A stretch of 64,000 nucleotides of DNA from a bacterium (lineage in GTDB: Bacteria > Patescibacteriota > Microgenomatia > Daviesbacterales > UBA10151): the NCBI GenBank assembly GCA_021786315.1, contig JAJYNN010000002.1:100160-164159 (forward strand), written 5' to 3'. Position 1 is the stretch's first letter, and every line of letters starts with the position of its first letter. Positions 9,932-19,249 of this stretch are shown piece by piece. The notes below the pieces were generated by a model that had not been told where the DNA came from, did not search any database, and saw only the letters and a list, made by a program, of their open reading frames with translations. The position numbers and the translations under genes were made by a program.

Positions 9932-11008
9932 ATGTTTGTTCCAAGATACACAATTACCAACCGCATCCTAAAAAATATCGGGGTGATCGATGCTTCCCGG
10001 GAAGTAATTTTGAATTCCCCATTAATTCCGGCTTGGGAGGCTAAATTTAAAAAAGAGGCTTTGGAGCGAAGTGTCCACCATGGAACGCATTTGGAGGGGA
10101 ACAGGTTATCTTTTGAAGAGGCCCAGGAGGTTTTAGACGGGCGGGAAGTTTTAGCCCGGGAACGGGATATTCAGGAAGTCATTAACTACCGCAATGTTTT
10201 AAAGTTTTTGGATGAGCTGGCAGCCCAAATCCGGGCTGATGGCCGGTATACCTTAACCGAGGAAATCCTATTGGGCGTCCACAACTTAGTGGTTGATAAG
10301 ATTGTAATTCCGGAAAAAGCCGGGCAATTCAGGACCCGCCAGGTGGTTTTGAAAAACAGTTTGACCGGGGAGATATCTTATACCCCGCCCCCTGCTGCCG
10401 AAGTTCCTTATTTAGTGGAGGATCTTTTAAATTGGATTAACGGCCCGGAATCTTTGGATGTCCATCCGGTCCTAAAGGCGGGGATAGTCCACTACGAGCT
10501 TTCCCGGATCCATCCTTTTGTGGAAGGTAACGGCCGGACAGCTAGAGCTGTAGCCACCTTACTGATGTTTTTGGATGGCTACGACATTAGAAAGCTATTT
10601 TCCTTGGAGGAATACTTTGACGCCAACCCCATTGATTACTATTCGACATTGCAGGCGGTTTCCAACCAGCTGGTTTTGGATTCCCATGAAAGGGATTTAA
10701 CTCCCTGGCTGGAATATTTTGTGGAAGGGGTAGCCATTGAATTAAACCGGGTCAAGGAAAGGGTGAGGCGGATTTCCATGGATGCCCGGGTCAAGGACAA
10801 ACTAGGGGAGCAGGTGACCTTAAATGAACGGCAGATGCTGATTATGGAGTACCTGCACCGCCACAAGCAGATGCAAAACAAGGATTTCCGGAAGGTTTTC
10901 CCCGATTATTCCGACGATACGGTTTTGCGGGAGCTGCGTTTCTTAAAGCAAAAAGGCCTGATTAAAAAGACCGGTGGTACTAAAATGGCGATGTACGTTT
11001 TAAAGTGA
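9932..11008 (+). CDS. Fic-family protein (AMPylase-type) with C-terminal wHTH
   Basis: Fic motif HPFVEGNGRTAR (HPFx[D/E]GNGR). Confidence 0.8.
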   Translation: MFVPRYTITNRILKNIGVIDASREVILNSPLIPAWEAKFKKEALERSVHHGTHLEGNRLSFEEAQEVLDGREVLARERDIQEVINYRNVLKFLDELAAQIRADGRYTLTEEILLGVHNLVVDKIVIPEKAGQFRTRQVVLKNSLTGEISYTPPPAAEVPYLVEDLLNWINGPESLDVHPVLKAGIVHYELSRIHPFVEGNGRTARAVATLLMFLDGYDIRKLFSLEEYFDANPIDYYSTLQAVSNQLVLDSHERDLTPWLEYFVEGVAIELNRVKERVRRISMDARVKDKLGEQVTLNERQMLIMEYLHRHKQMQNKDFRKVFPDYSDDTVLRELRFLKQKGLIKKTGGTKMAMYVLK

Positions 11009-11662
11009 GGGGGAAGCTGGCTTAGGCTCTGCTGACACTTCTTCGAAAATAACTGTTTGGTTGCGTTGTTGTTTGGCCTGGTAAAGAACCTGGTCTGCCT
11101 TTTGCCTTAAGCTCTCGGCATTGTCTTCTTTTTGGGTTTGAGCAATCCCAATACTGATGGTTTGGTCCCAGGGTAAATTAGGGAAATTCTCTTTGACTGC
11201 CTGAATAATACCCACCCGAATTCTTTCAGCGATAGATTTGGCGCTTTCCAGATCGCAGCCAATTAAAAAGACGGCAAATTCATCTCCTCCCAATCGGCCT
11301 TTCAGGTCGCAATTACGGGTAGACTGGTTAATGACCTCAGCATAGAGTTTAATAAGGTTGTCTCCGGCAATATGGCCTTGGGTATCGTTAAACCTTTTGA
11401 GCTGGTCGATATCTAAAGCCAGAAGCACTGATGGAAGATTTAGCCGGCGGGTTAAATCCAGCCACTTAACTAAGGTTTCGTTGAATCCATGAGAGTTGTA
11501 AAAACTGGTTATTAAGCCATCGCACTGGGCCTTTATCTCCAGGTTTAAATGGATGGAAGCTAAATCCTTGGCAAACTGTTCCAGCGTAACGTTCCCCGAA
11601 AGTAATTCCTGGGCCTTTTTTTGATAATAATCCAATAGATACTGTTGGTGGCTTGTGTCCAT
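11000..11662 (-). CDS. GGDEF-domain diguanylate cyclase
   Basis: RLGGDEFAVFL active-site motif. Confidence 0.75.
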   Translation of the reverse strand: MDTSHQQYLLDYYQKKAQELLSGNVTLEQFAKDLASIHLNLEIKAQCDGLITSFYNSHGFNETLVKWLDLTRRLNLPSVLLALDIDQLKRFNDTQGHIAGDNLIKLYAEVINQSTRNCDLKGRLGGDEFAVFLIGCDLESAKSIAERIRVGIIQAVKENFPNLPWDQTISIGIAQTQKEDNAESLRQKADQVLYQAKQQRNQTVIFEEVSAEPKPASPSL

Positions 11663-11772
11663 TTTTATTTAACTCATAGCGACTATGCCTACTTTCAGCT
11701 TATAGATTGTTTACAGCATAATCAAGCAGGGAATAGTATATCATTTTAGGCCTATAATACACAAATTTTTAC

Positions 11773-11801
11773 TTGTCAAGGTGTTTGGGATAAGCTACAA
11801 T
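11773..11801 (+). promoter_or_regulatory. sigma70-like promoter TTGTCA-17-TACAAT; ligase appears leaderless
   Basis: -35 at 11773-11778 and -10 at 11796-11801. The GTG start at 11809 lies 7 nt after the -10. Confidence 0.45.
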
Positions 11802-11808
11802 CCAAAAT

Positions 11809-13542
11809 GTGACCTTTGCTCAATTTACCCAATTCTTAGAACAGTTAGAAAACACATCCTCCAGGCTGTCCTTGATTGATATTTTATCCCGGCTTTTCCG
11901 GGAGGTTTCCGTTTTAGAGATTACCCAGGTGGTGTATCTAATTCAGGGACGGGTGGCGCCGTTTTATGAACCGATTGAGTTAGGGATGAGTGAAAAGCTG
12001 GTTGCTGCCGCTATCGCCCGAGCGTATGGGGTCGACAAGGAAGAGGTCTTAAAAGAATACGGAAGAGTCGGGGATTTGGGGAAGGTGGCAGAAAAAATAG
12101 CCCAAGATTTAAGAATAAAGAATAAAGATTTAAGAGTAGATGAAGTTTTTAATATTTTACTGCAGATTGCCAAGACTTCAGGGGAGGGGACGGTGGATAG
12201 GAAAGTTACCCTTTTATCCGACCTGCTTAAAGGTATGGATCCAATTTCGGCAAAACATCTAGTGAGGATCCCCTTGGGAACCAGCAGGCTGGGGGTTGGA
12301 GATCCGACGGTTTTGGATGCCTTTGCCCAAAGCAAGTTGGGGGATAGGAAACAGAGAAAGGAGTTGGAGGAAGCCTACAATAGGACTTCGGATTTAGGGC
12401 TAATTGGAGAGACACTTTGGAATCAGGGTTTGGAAGGAGTCAAAAAGCTGGATGTGACTGTTGGCCGGCCAATCAGGCCTCAGCTTGCCGAACGGTTGCC
12501 GACTCCCGAGGCAATCATGGAAAAATTTGGCGGCCGGGCCCATGTCCAGTTTAAATTTGACGGGTTCCGCACCCAAATCCACAAAAACGGTGATGAAGTT
12601 CGGATTTTTTCCCGCAATTTGGAAGAAACCACGGCGATGCTGCCGGAGATTGTCGAGGGGGCCAAAAAACAAATTAAAGCCAAGACCGCAATATTAGATG
12701 CTGAAGCCTTAGCCTTTAATCCTACCTCGGATGAGTTTTTGCCTTTTCAGGAAACTGCTAAACGGAGAAGAAAATATCAGGTGGAGGAGATGGCCCAAAA
12801 GCTTCCCTTAAAGGCCTTTGTTTTTGATGTGATGTATGTGGACGGAAAATCCTATGTGGGGATGCCGCTTTCCGAAAGGATTAAGGAACTGCAAAAGGTT
12901 ATCTCCGGAGATGAGGTTTTAGTGGTCCAACCGGGGGAGTTTACCGATAAAACGGAAAGGATCCAGGAGCTTTTTGATGATGCCATTACCAAAGGTTTGG
13001 AAGGATTGGTGGTTAAAAAACCGGACACTGGGTATGAGGCGGGAGCAAGAAACTTTAACTGGGTCAAACTTAAAAGGCACTCCTCCGGTGAGCTCAAAGA
13101 TACTATTGATGTGGTTTTACTAGGTTACATCTTTGGCCGGGGGAAGCGGGCGGAGTTTGGGGCAGGGTCACTTTTGGTGGGTGTCTATGATAAAGAAAAA
13201 GACGAATTTGTAACGGTGACTAAAATCGGCACCGGGTTATCAGATGAGGAATGGCGGCAGATCCATGCCCGGGCAGATAAAATCCGGGTGGAGAAAAAAC
13301 CGGCGCGGGTCAATGCCATTGTGGAACCTTCGGTGTGGATTAAACCGGAGATTGTTTTGGAGGTTTTGGCTGATGAAATTACTAAAAGCCCGGTACATAC
13401 TGCAGGAAAGGTTGATGGCCAGCCGGGTTATGCCTTAAGATTCCCTAGGTTAGTTAATTTCCGGGATGACAAGAAGCCTGAAGATGCGACAACTGTCAAA
13501 GAGCTAGTCGAAATGTATTCCCAACAGTACAAAAAGGGATAA
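11809..13542 (+). CDS. lig: ATP-dependent DNA ligase (LigB / archaeal-eukaryotic type)
   Basis: Motif I KFDGFR (K-x-D-G-x-R). N-terminal DNA-binding-domain-like MTFAQFTQFLEQLENTSSRL. GTG start. Confidence 0.85.
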   Translation: MTFAQFTQFLEQLENTSSRLSLIDILSRLFREVSVLEITQVVYLIQGRVAPFYEPIELGMSEKLVAAAIARAYGVDKEEVLKEYGRVGDLGKVAEKIAQDLRIKNKDLRVDEVFNILLQIAKTSGEGTVDRKVTLLSDLLKGMDPISAKHLVRIPLGTSRLGVGDPTVLDAFAQSKLGDRKQRKELEEAYNRTSDLGLIGETLWNQGLEGVKKLDVTVGRPIRPQLAERLPTPEAIMEKFGGRAHVQFKFDGFRTQIHKNGDEVRIFSRNLEETTAMLPEIVEGAKKQIKAKTAILDAEALAFNPTSDEFLPFQETAKRRRKYQVEEMAQKLPLKAFVFDVMYVDGKSYVGMPLSERIKELQKVISGDEVLVVQPGEFTDKTERIQELFDDAITKGLEGLVVKKPDTGYEAGARNFNWVKLKRHSSGELKDTIDVVLLGYIFGRGKRAEFGAGSLLVGVYDKEKDEFVTVTKIGTGLSDEEWRQIHARADKIRVEKKPARVNAIVEPSVWIKPEIVLEVLADEITKSPVHTAGKVDGQPGYALRFPRLVNFRDDKKPEDATTVKELVEMYSQQYKKG

Positions 13543-13597
13543 TTTTAAAAGGTGACTGCCTCGCCGGATGGCAGGCGTCACCTTGAGAATTAGAAAG

Positions 13598-13770
13598 GCT
13601 GGATTTTTCTTTTGCGTCTTTTTTGGAAAAAGACGCCCAAAAATCGCCCACAGGAAGTCGGGCTAAATTCTTCCGTTTGTTTACCGGGGGATGGCGCCCC
13701 TTCTGCCTTTCGCTTCGCTACAGCAGGCTCCCCCTGGTGCACTCACTCCAGAATTTTTAACGCCCTTTGA
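13598..13770. other. conserved non-coding element, copy 1 (second copy 51478-51650)
   Basis: Shared blocks gcgtctt...aaagacgcccaaa, [g/a]ctaaatt, ccccct and aatttttaacg in the same order as the copy after the 23S. Confidence 0.4.
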
Positions 13771-13808
13771 TCCTAAGTGGGCAGAGGAAAGAATGTTATA
13801 CTTAATTT

Positions 13809-14366
13809 ATGCAAAGTAAGATTCTCTCAAAAATTAATGAATTGGATAAAAAGCTGGATGCAGTGGAGGATATTGAGGGGCACTTGGAAAAGCTGGTGGA
13901 AAAAGAGGATCAGGAGATCAAAAAGATTGAAAAAGAGGAAACCAAAATTGAGCGGGCAGTCTTTGAGGTTGGGGCTTTCACCATTAAAAAATCCCAGATG
14001 TTGGAGCTGGCCAGGGGGGTGGCGGGTGCCTTTTTGGGTGTAGGGTTAGGCCAGGTTTTAGGGGGAAGTGTCAAAATGGCCGAAACTTTACCCTGGGTCA
14101 ATACTTTGGGGATCCTGCTTTTTATCTTTATTTTGGTAGGTGTCTTGATCTATAAACATGATAAGGATCAAATAACCCAGCATGATTCAGCAGTATTTTA
14201 TATTTTTAAGAGGCTGTTTACTCTTTACTTAATTGCCTTACTGGTGGAACTTTTGGGTCTTGCCTTGTTTAACAATTTTCCCGGTTGGGATACTACGCTC
14301 CTTAAAGCTTTAATTATCGGTTCCTATTCCGCCATGTCCTCGGCAGTAGCCTTTACTTTAATCTAA
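13809..14366 (+). CDS. hypothetical membrane protein with N-terminal coiled coil
   Basis: 185-aa ORF with a charged EK-rich N-terminus followed by TM helices. Confidence 0.4.
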   Translation: MQSKILSKINELDKKLDAVEDIEGHLEKLVEKEDQEIKKIEKEETKIERAVFEVGAFTIKKSQMLELARGVAGAFLGVGLGQVLGGSVKMAETLPWVNTLGILLFIFILVGVLIYKHDKDQITQHDSAVFYIFKRLFTLYLIALLVELLGLALFNNFPGWDTTLLKALIIGSYSAMSSAVAFTLI

Positions 14367-14419
14367 TTCCTGTAACCTAACTTCTAGTAAATTTTTAATA
14401 ACCGTAGTATCTTAATGTC

Positions 14420-15004
14420 ATGAAACTGGTTATTGGTTTAGGAAACCCTGGGAATAAATATGCAGGTACCCGGCACAACTTGGGGTTTGCGGTTTTGGAC
14501 GAATATGCCAAAAAACACCAGGGAAAAGAGGTGGTTTGGACGGAGGATAAAAAGTTCCATGCCGAAATCTTAAAACTCTCTCCGGATTTATGGCTTGTTA
14601 GGCCGCAGACTTATATGAACAATTCCGGGGAGGCGGTTTCCGCGCTTTTGGCGTACTTTAAAGTTGATATTTCCGAGATTATTATCGTTCATGATGAGTT
14701 GGATCTGCCTTTGGGCAAAATCAAGGTCCGTGAAGGCGGAAGCGGGGGAGGGCACCACGGAGTGGAATCTATAATTAGTGCTTTGGGCAGTGACAAGTTT
14801 GTCCGGGTGAGGCTTGGTATAGGTAATTTAAGATCGTTGAGCAGTGAACACGGAGGGCAAAGCTTTAATGTTGAGCATTACGTTTTGGAGCCTTTTACTC
14901 CGGGAGAGAGGCCAAAGGTTAAACAGATGATTAAAAAAGGCATTGATGCTTTGGAAACCTTAATTAATGAAGGTTTGGTTGCCGCCCAGAATCAGTACAA
15001 TTGA
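14420..15004 (+). CDS. pth: peptidyl-tRNA hydrolase
   Basis: MKLVIGLGNPGNKYAGTRHNLGF with catalytic His and Asn, and IVHDELDLPLGK. Confidence 0.9.
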   Translation: MKLVIGLGNPGNKYAGTRHNLGFAVLDEYAKKHQGKEVVWTEDKKFHAEILKLSPDLWLVRPQTYMNNSGEAVSALLAYFKVDISEIIIVHDELDLPLGKIKVREGGSGGGHHGVESIISALGSDKFVRVRLGIGNLRSLSSEHGGQSFNVEHYVLEPFTPGERPKVKQMIKKGIDALETLINEGLVAAQNQYN

Positions 15005-15042
15005 TTGACACTCCACTGCGCTCAGTGTAAACTCTAAAACAC

Positions 15043-15786
15043 ATGCCGACCAGTCCTTCTAAACTGACTATTTCCACACCCACAGCAGTATTAATCGGCA
15101 GCATCTTTATCAGTATCGCCATCTTAATTTCCGGGGGAGTGATTACCGGCAAAAACCTGAATAAGAATACAGCCGGAAGTGGGGCACCTTCTGCCCAAGT
15201 TCCTGCCCAGCAAGCCAAAACTGAAGCTGACATTGTCAAATCCTTAAAAAGTTATGCCGGAAAATTAGGGCTTGACCAAAACAAATTTAATTCCTGTTTG
15301 GATTCCGGACAAAAAGCGGATCTGGTTTCTGCGGATGAAAAAGACGGGACAACAGCCGGGGTGCAGGGAACACCATCTTTCTTTGTTAATGGCCGGCCTT
15401 TAATGATCGGGGCGGCGCCTTTTGATCAATTTAAGAAAGTTATTGATGAAGAGCTTTCCGGATCGGCCGCAGCCGGTACCAAGAGACAGGATGTCTCAGT
15501 CGGCAACCTGCCGGTGCGGGGAGACGCTAATGCCCCTGTTACCTTTATCGAATTTTCTGATTACCAGTGTCCTTTCTGCGGCCGTTTTTATTCCGATGCC
15601 GAGGTCCAAATTCAGAAGGAATATGTTGATACGGGCAAAGTGAAGCTTTATTACCGTGATTACCCTTTGACTCAAATCCATCCGGGGGCGGAAAAAGCTG
15701 CGGAAGCGGCCCGCTGCGCCGGAGACCAGGGCAAGTACTGGGAGTACCACGACTTAATTTTCTCTAACCAGTCCAATATTTTCTAA
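15043..15786 (+). CDS. DsbA-like thiol:disulfide oxidoreductase, membrane anchored
   Basis: N-terminal TM helix. C-P-F-C active site in FSDYQCPFCGRF. Confidence 0.65.
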   Translation: MPTSPSKLTISTPTAVLIGSIFISIAILISGGVITGKNLNKNTAGSGAPSAQVPAQQAKTEADIVKSLKSYAGKLGLDQNKFNSCLDSGQKADLVSADEKDGTTAGVQGTPSFFVNGRPLMIGAAPFDQFKKVIDEELSGSAAAGTKRQDVSVGNLPVRGDANAPVTFIEFSDYQCPFCGRFYSDAEVQIQKEYVDTGKVKLYYRDYPLTQIHPGAEKAAEAARCAGDQGKYWEYHDLIFSNQSNIF

Positions 15787-15791
15787 AATCC

Positions 15792-16325
15792 ATGGCTGAT
15801 CAAATTATTCTCACTTGCGACGATGAAGGTAACTTTTCCGGCGGGTATATCCCCAAAGAGGAGGGCCATACCGGCTCGGGTAAAAGACATCTGGCTATTG
15901 CCGTCCTGCTTTTTAATAAAGCGGGGGAGGTCCTTCTTCAAAAAAGGAAACACCGGATTTTTAACGATATTTGGGACGTTACAGGTGCTACCCATCCCCT
16001 GCACCTGGGAGACGGGAAAGATGAAACTTTTGAGGAAGCTACCTTACGGTGTTTAAAAAGGGAATACAATATTAACCCGGAAGAGGTTAAAGATTTAAAG
16101 AATTTAGGAACTTTTAACTACTTTGCGTCTTACGAAGACGGCCTTTGTGAGAACGAACACTGCGCTATGTTAGTGGGGGAATATAACGGGGAAGTCAAAG
16201 TCAATCCGGAAGTAGGTTATGGCTACAAATGGATGGAAAAAGATGAGTTCTTAAAAGACATTAAAGAAAATCCTCAAAACTATTCTCCCTGGGCGGTGGA
16301 GGGGATAAAAATTTACATCCGGTAA
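15792..16325 (+). CDS. idi: isopentenyl-diphosphate delta-isomerase type 1 (Nudix fold), putative
   Basis: HLAIAVLLFNKAGEVLLQKR...TGATHP resembles Idi-1. It sits beside a polyprenyl synthase. Confidence 0.5.
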   Translation: MADQIILTCDDEGNFSGGYIPKEEGHTGSGKRHLAIAVLLFNKAGEVLLQKRKHRIFNDIWDVTGATHPLHLGDGKDETFEEATLRCLKREYNINPEEVKDLKNLGTFNYFASYEDGLCENEHCAMLVGEYNGEVKVNPEVGYGYKWMEKDEFLKDIKENPQNYSPWAVEGIKIYIR

Positions 16326-16348
16326 TTAAAATAATATAATCTTTCCTT

Positions 16349-17065
16349 ATGATTTCAGGTGTGGAGATTAAAACTCAAGAAATTGCTCAGGTAGCTGACT
16401 ATTTGAAAGATTTGGTAGCTAAACTAGAGCCGAAAATATGCGCTGGGGAATACGATTTGCTGGTGGTGGAAGGTGTAAGCGCCCGTATTCCGGGTACTGT
16501 TGTGCATAGATTAATTAACGAAAGCTATAGAGCGTTAGGCAGAGATGAGGTTGTCCCGATTTACTTAGGCAGGGATAAAAATGGGAATCACTCGCTAGGA
16601 GTAGATGAGTTAGAAGAGAAATATGGGAAAGCGCGGTTGCCGGAGAATGCTCATGCTTTAATCTTAAGCGAGATTATTTACCGCGGAGAAAAGATAGGCC
16701 GCTTAGGCCAATTTTTGGAAAGCAGGGGTGTAACTTACGATGCGGCGGTGGTACAAAGTGCTTACGATGAAGCAGAATACCGCCGGTGGGGCTACGTTTC
16801 GGAAAGAGCAGGTTACTACTCTGGATGGCAGTATCCAAGATCGACTGTTGACTGGGCTGATTTTAATGATCGGGCAGTTTACTCCCCCTTGTATAAGCAG
16901 GATTGGATGAATATAGGGGTATGGAATTTGCTAATGTCGGCTGGGGAAGAATCTGTTCTTGATCCACGAATTCTATCGGTGAAACAAGATCTCAAGACTC
17001 TTCAGGATTGGATTTGGAGAGGCCTTGAATTTCAGCGGGCAATCCACGCACTAGCTTCTGTTTAA
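16349..17065 (+). CDS. hypothetical protein
   Basis: 238-aa ORF with no recognised motif. Confidence 0.4.
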   Translation: MISGVEIKTQEIAQVADYLKDLVAKLEPKICAGEYDLLVVEGVSARIPGTVVHRLINESYRALGRDEVVPIYLGRDKNGNHSLGVDELEEKYGKARLPENAHALILSEIIYRGEKIGRLGQFLESRGVTYDAAVVQSAYDEAEYRRWGYVSERAGYYSGWQYPRSTVDWADFNDRAVYSPLYKQDWMNIGVWNLLMSAGEESVLDPRILSVKQDLKTLQDWIWRGLEFQRAIHALASV

Positions 17066-17088
17066 GGAAAATGCTAAATTTATAAGAC

Positions 17089-18123
17089 ATGGATTTTCAA
17101 GACTTCCTAAAACAATCCGCTCAAGAGATAAATCAAGAGATAGATAGATCATTTGAAAAGTGGAGTCAGGAAGTGGAGTCAGTAAGCCCAAAGCTCACGG
17201 CTTTGAACAAAGCTTTTATCCAGGCCAATGAAGGGGGAAAAAGGATCCGGGGAGCTTTAATTAAACTAGGCTATGAACTTGCCGGGGGGAGTCCCACCAT
17301 GGAAATCCTCAAACCGGCAGCCGCTTTTGAGATTTTTCAGACCGCTATCTTAGCTCATGACGACATAGTTGATCTATCACCACTTCGAAGAGGTAAGCCT
17401 ACTGTCTATAAAGTTCTTGGGGGTAATCATTATGGAATTTCGCAGGCATTAACTTTAGGCGATGCGGGGTTTTTCTTGGCGGTGCGGCTCATTGCCGAAA
17501 CCGACTTTCCCGATTCCCGGAAAAATAAAGCCTTAGCCTTTTTTGCCCAGGCGATGCTGGAGACAGCGCTGGGTCAGATGCTGGATATTGAGTTACCTTA
17601 CCAAAAAGAGACCAGAAAAGAGGTTGACGCCTTAACAATTTTCCGCCTTAAGACAGCCCGCTATACCATTGTTGGCCCATTAGCGCTTGGGGCGATCTTA
17701 GGGGGAGCGGGGAAGAAGTTTTTAGAAGACGTAGAAAAGTTTGGCGAGGCTTTAGGGATAGCTTTTCAGATTCAGGATGACACCTTGGGGGTGTTTGGAG
17801 ATGAAAAAACCATCGGTAAATCTGTTACCTCAGATATTGAAGAGGGGAAAAATACTTTGCTGATTATCTATGCTTTGGACCGGGCGACCAAGGAGCAAAA
17901 GGTAGTACTTGATAAATACTACGGTAAAGGAAAAATTGGGGGAAAAGAGCTGGAAAAAATTAAGCAGGTATTTGTAGACACAGGCGCTTTGGAATATTCC
18001 CGGAAAAAGGCGATGGAATTGGTGACTGAAGCACTTTTGGTGATAGAGGGAATGGATATCTCTCCTGAGTATAAAAAACTACTTACTCAAATGGCAGATT
18101 TTCTAGTCAGAAGAGACAAGTGA
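17089..18123 (+). CDS. polyprenyl diphosphate synthase (trans-IPPS, GGPP/FPP synthase family)
   Basis: First Asp-rich motif LAHDDIVD and second FQIQDDTLG. Confidence 0.8.
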   Translation: MDFQDFLKQSAQEINQEIDRSFEKWSQEVESVSPKLTALNKAFIQANEGGKRIRGALIKLGYELAGGSPTMEILKPAAAFEIFQTAILAHDDIVDLSPLRRGKPTVYKVLGGNHYGISQALTLGDAGFFLAVRLIAETDFPDSRKNKALAFFAQAMLETALGQMLDIELPYQKETRKEVDALTIFRLKTARYTIVGPLALGAILGGAGKKFLEDVEKFGEALGIAFQIQDDTLGVFGDEKTIGKSVTSDIEEGKNTLLIIYALDRATKEQKVVLDKYYGKGKIGGKELEKIKQVFVDTGALEYSRKKAMELVTEALLVIEGMDISPEYKKLLTQMADFLVRRDK

Positions 18124-18669
18124 TTGGGAGTAAACTTCCCTGAAGGCAAGCTTTGCCCGGTAGAGTTTTCCTTCAGCAGCCCGTTCGGATACCCCCAGGA
18201 TTTTGGCAATCTTGGCAGTGGTTAATTCCTGCCAAAACTTTAGGTAAAGCAGCTGGCGTTTTTCTTTGGGTAAAAGCTTTAAACACTCCTTAACGTTTTG
18301 GGTAAGTTCCAAAAGGACAGCTTTTTCTTCCGGATTTAAACTGGGATCTTTGATATTTGCCCACATTTCCAAGGTCGGAACAACCCGGGTGGACCTTTGG
18401 TTAACCTGGTCCCGGTAATAATCCGCCATTTTATTTAAGGCAATCCGGCAGACCCAGGTAAAGAATTGGCTTTTTCCTTCAAAGGTATAAAATCCTTTCC
18501 AGGCAGCAACAATAGTTTGGGAAAAAACTTCCTCGACAGCTTCCTGGTCTCCGCCCATTCTTTTGACTAAGAATTTTGTTAAGGGAAGAGCCCAGTTTTT
18601 ATAGAGGGCGGCGAAACTCTCATGCCTTTGGGCCAGGTTTTTGGGGGAAAAGTGTGGGGTTTTTTCCAT
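18103..18669 (-). CDS. RNA polymerase sigma factor, ECF / sigma-70 family
   Basis: Region 2 (FFTWVCRIALNKMADYYR) and region 4 HTH (LTTAKIAKILGVSERAAEGKLYRAK). Confidence 0.75.
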   Translation of the reverse strand: MEKTPHFSPKNLAQRHESFAALYKNWALPLTKFLVKRMGGDQEAVEEVFSQTIVAAWKGFYTFEGKSQFFTWVCRIALNKMADYYRDQVNQRSTRVVPTLEMWANIKDPSLNPEEKAVLLELTQNVKECLKLLPKEKRQLLYLKFWQELTTAKIAKILGVSERAAEGKLYRAKLAFREVYSQSLVSSD

Positions 18670-18715
18670 AAGTAAGACTAACTATAAAGGGTAAACAAAT
18701 AGTTTACAAGCAAAA

Positions 18716-19249
18716 ATGAAAGCCTATCTTAAAGAAATTAAATTCGAGTCCAAGGATTACGCTTATTTTAAAAACTTAACCGACGAGGTAAAGGAAACTG
18801 TTAAACAATCCGGAGTCAAGCAGGGGATAGTGGTGGTCAATTCCAAACATACAACCTTAACCATCGTGGTTCAGGAAATCTCTGAACCGAATCTTTTAAA
18901 AGACATGCTTAACTTTGCCCTCACTTGTGTTCCCACTGACAGGCGGGCTTGGCAGGCCAAAAAGGAAGGTTTCAAGCACCCGACTTCTGACTATCTCCAC
19001 CGTTGCCAGGACAACCCTTTTTGCAACGAAATTGATGAGGATTACAATGCCCCTTCCCACATTCGCTCCATGCTCTATGGCCATCCTTCGGTTTTTATCC
19101 CCATTCAGGAGGGGAAGCCAGTTTTAGGGAAGTATCAGGAAGTGGCGGCGTTGGAATTTGACGGCCGGGACGGGACGGGTAAAAACCCAGTCCGCCAGAG
19201 AACTGTGCAAATTTGGATCTATCCTTTGGAAGAGGTTGTGACACTCTAA
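18716..19249 (+). CDS. YjbQ/UPF0047-family protein
   Basis: HTTLTIVVQE...PSHIRSMLYGHPSVFIPIQEGKPVLGKYQEV matches the conserved YjbQ core. Confidence 0.65.
   Translation: MKAYLKEIKFESKDYAYFKNLTDEVKETVKQSGVKQGIVVVNSKHTTLTIVVQEISEPNLLKDMLNFALTCVPTDRRAWQAKKEGFKHPTSDYLHRCQDNPFCNEIDEDYNAPSHIRSMLYGHPSVFIPIQEGKPVLGKYQEVAALEFDGRDGTGKNPVRQRTVQIWIYPLEEVVTL

Noticed and set aside
12227-13097. Several 60-120 aa ORFs antisense to or out of frame within the ligase gene
   Set aside because: They are embedded in a confidently called CDS with diagnostic motifs.
13551-13582. Hairpin ggtgactgcctcgccggatggcaggcgtcacc after the ligase gene as an intrinsic terminator
   Set aside because: The stem is imperfect and is not followed by a T-run. 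It may be a processing or protein-binding site, but it is not a convincing rho-independent terminator.
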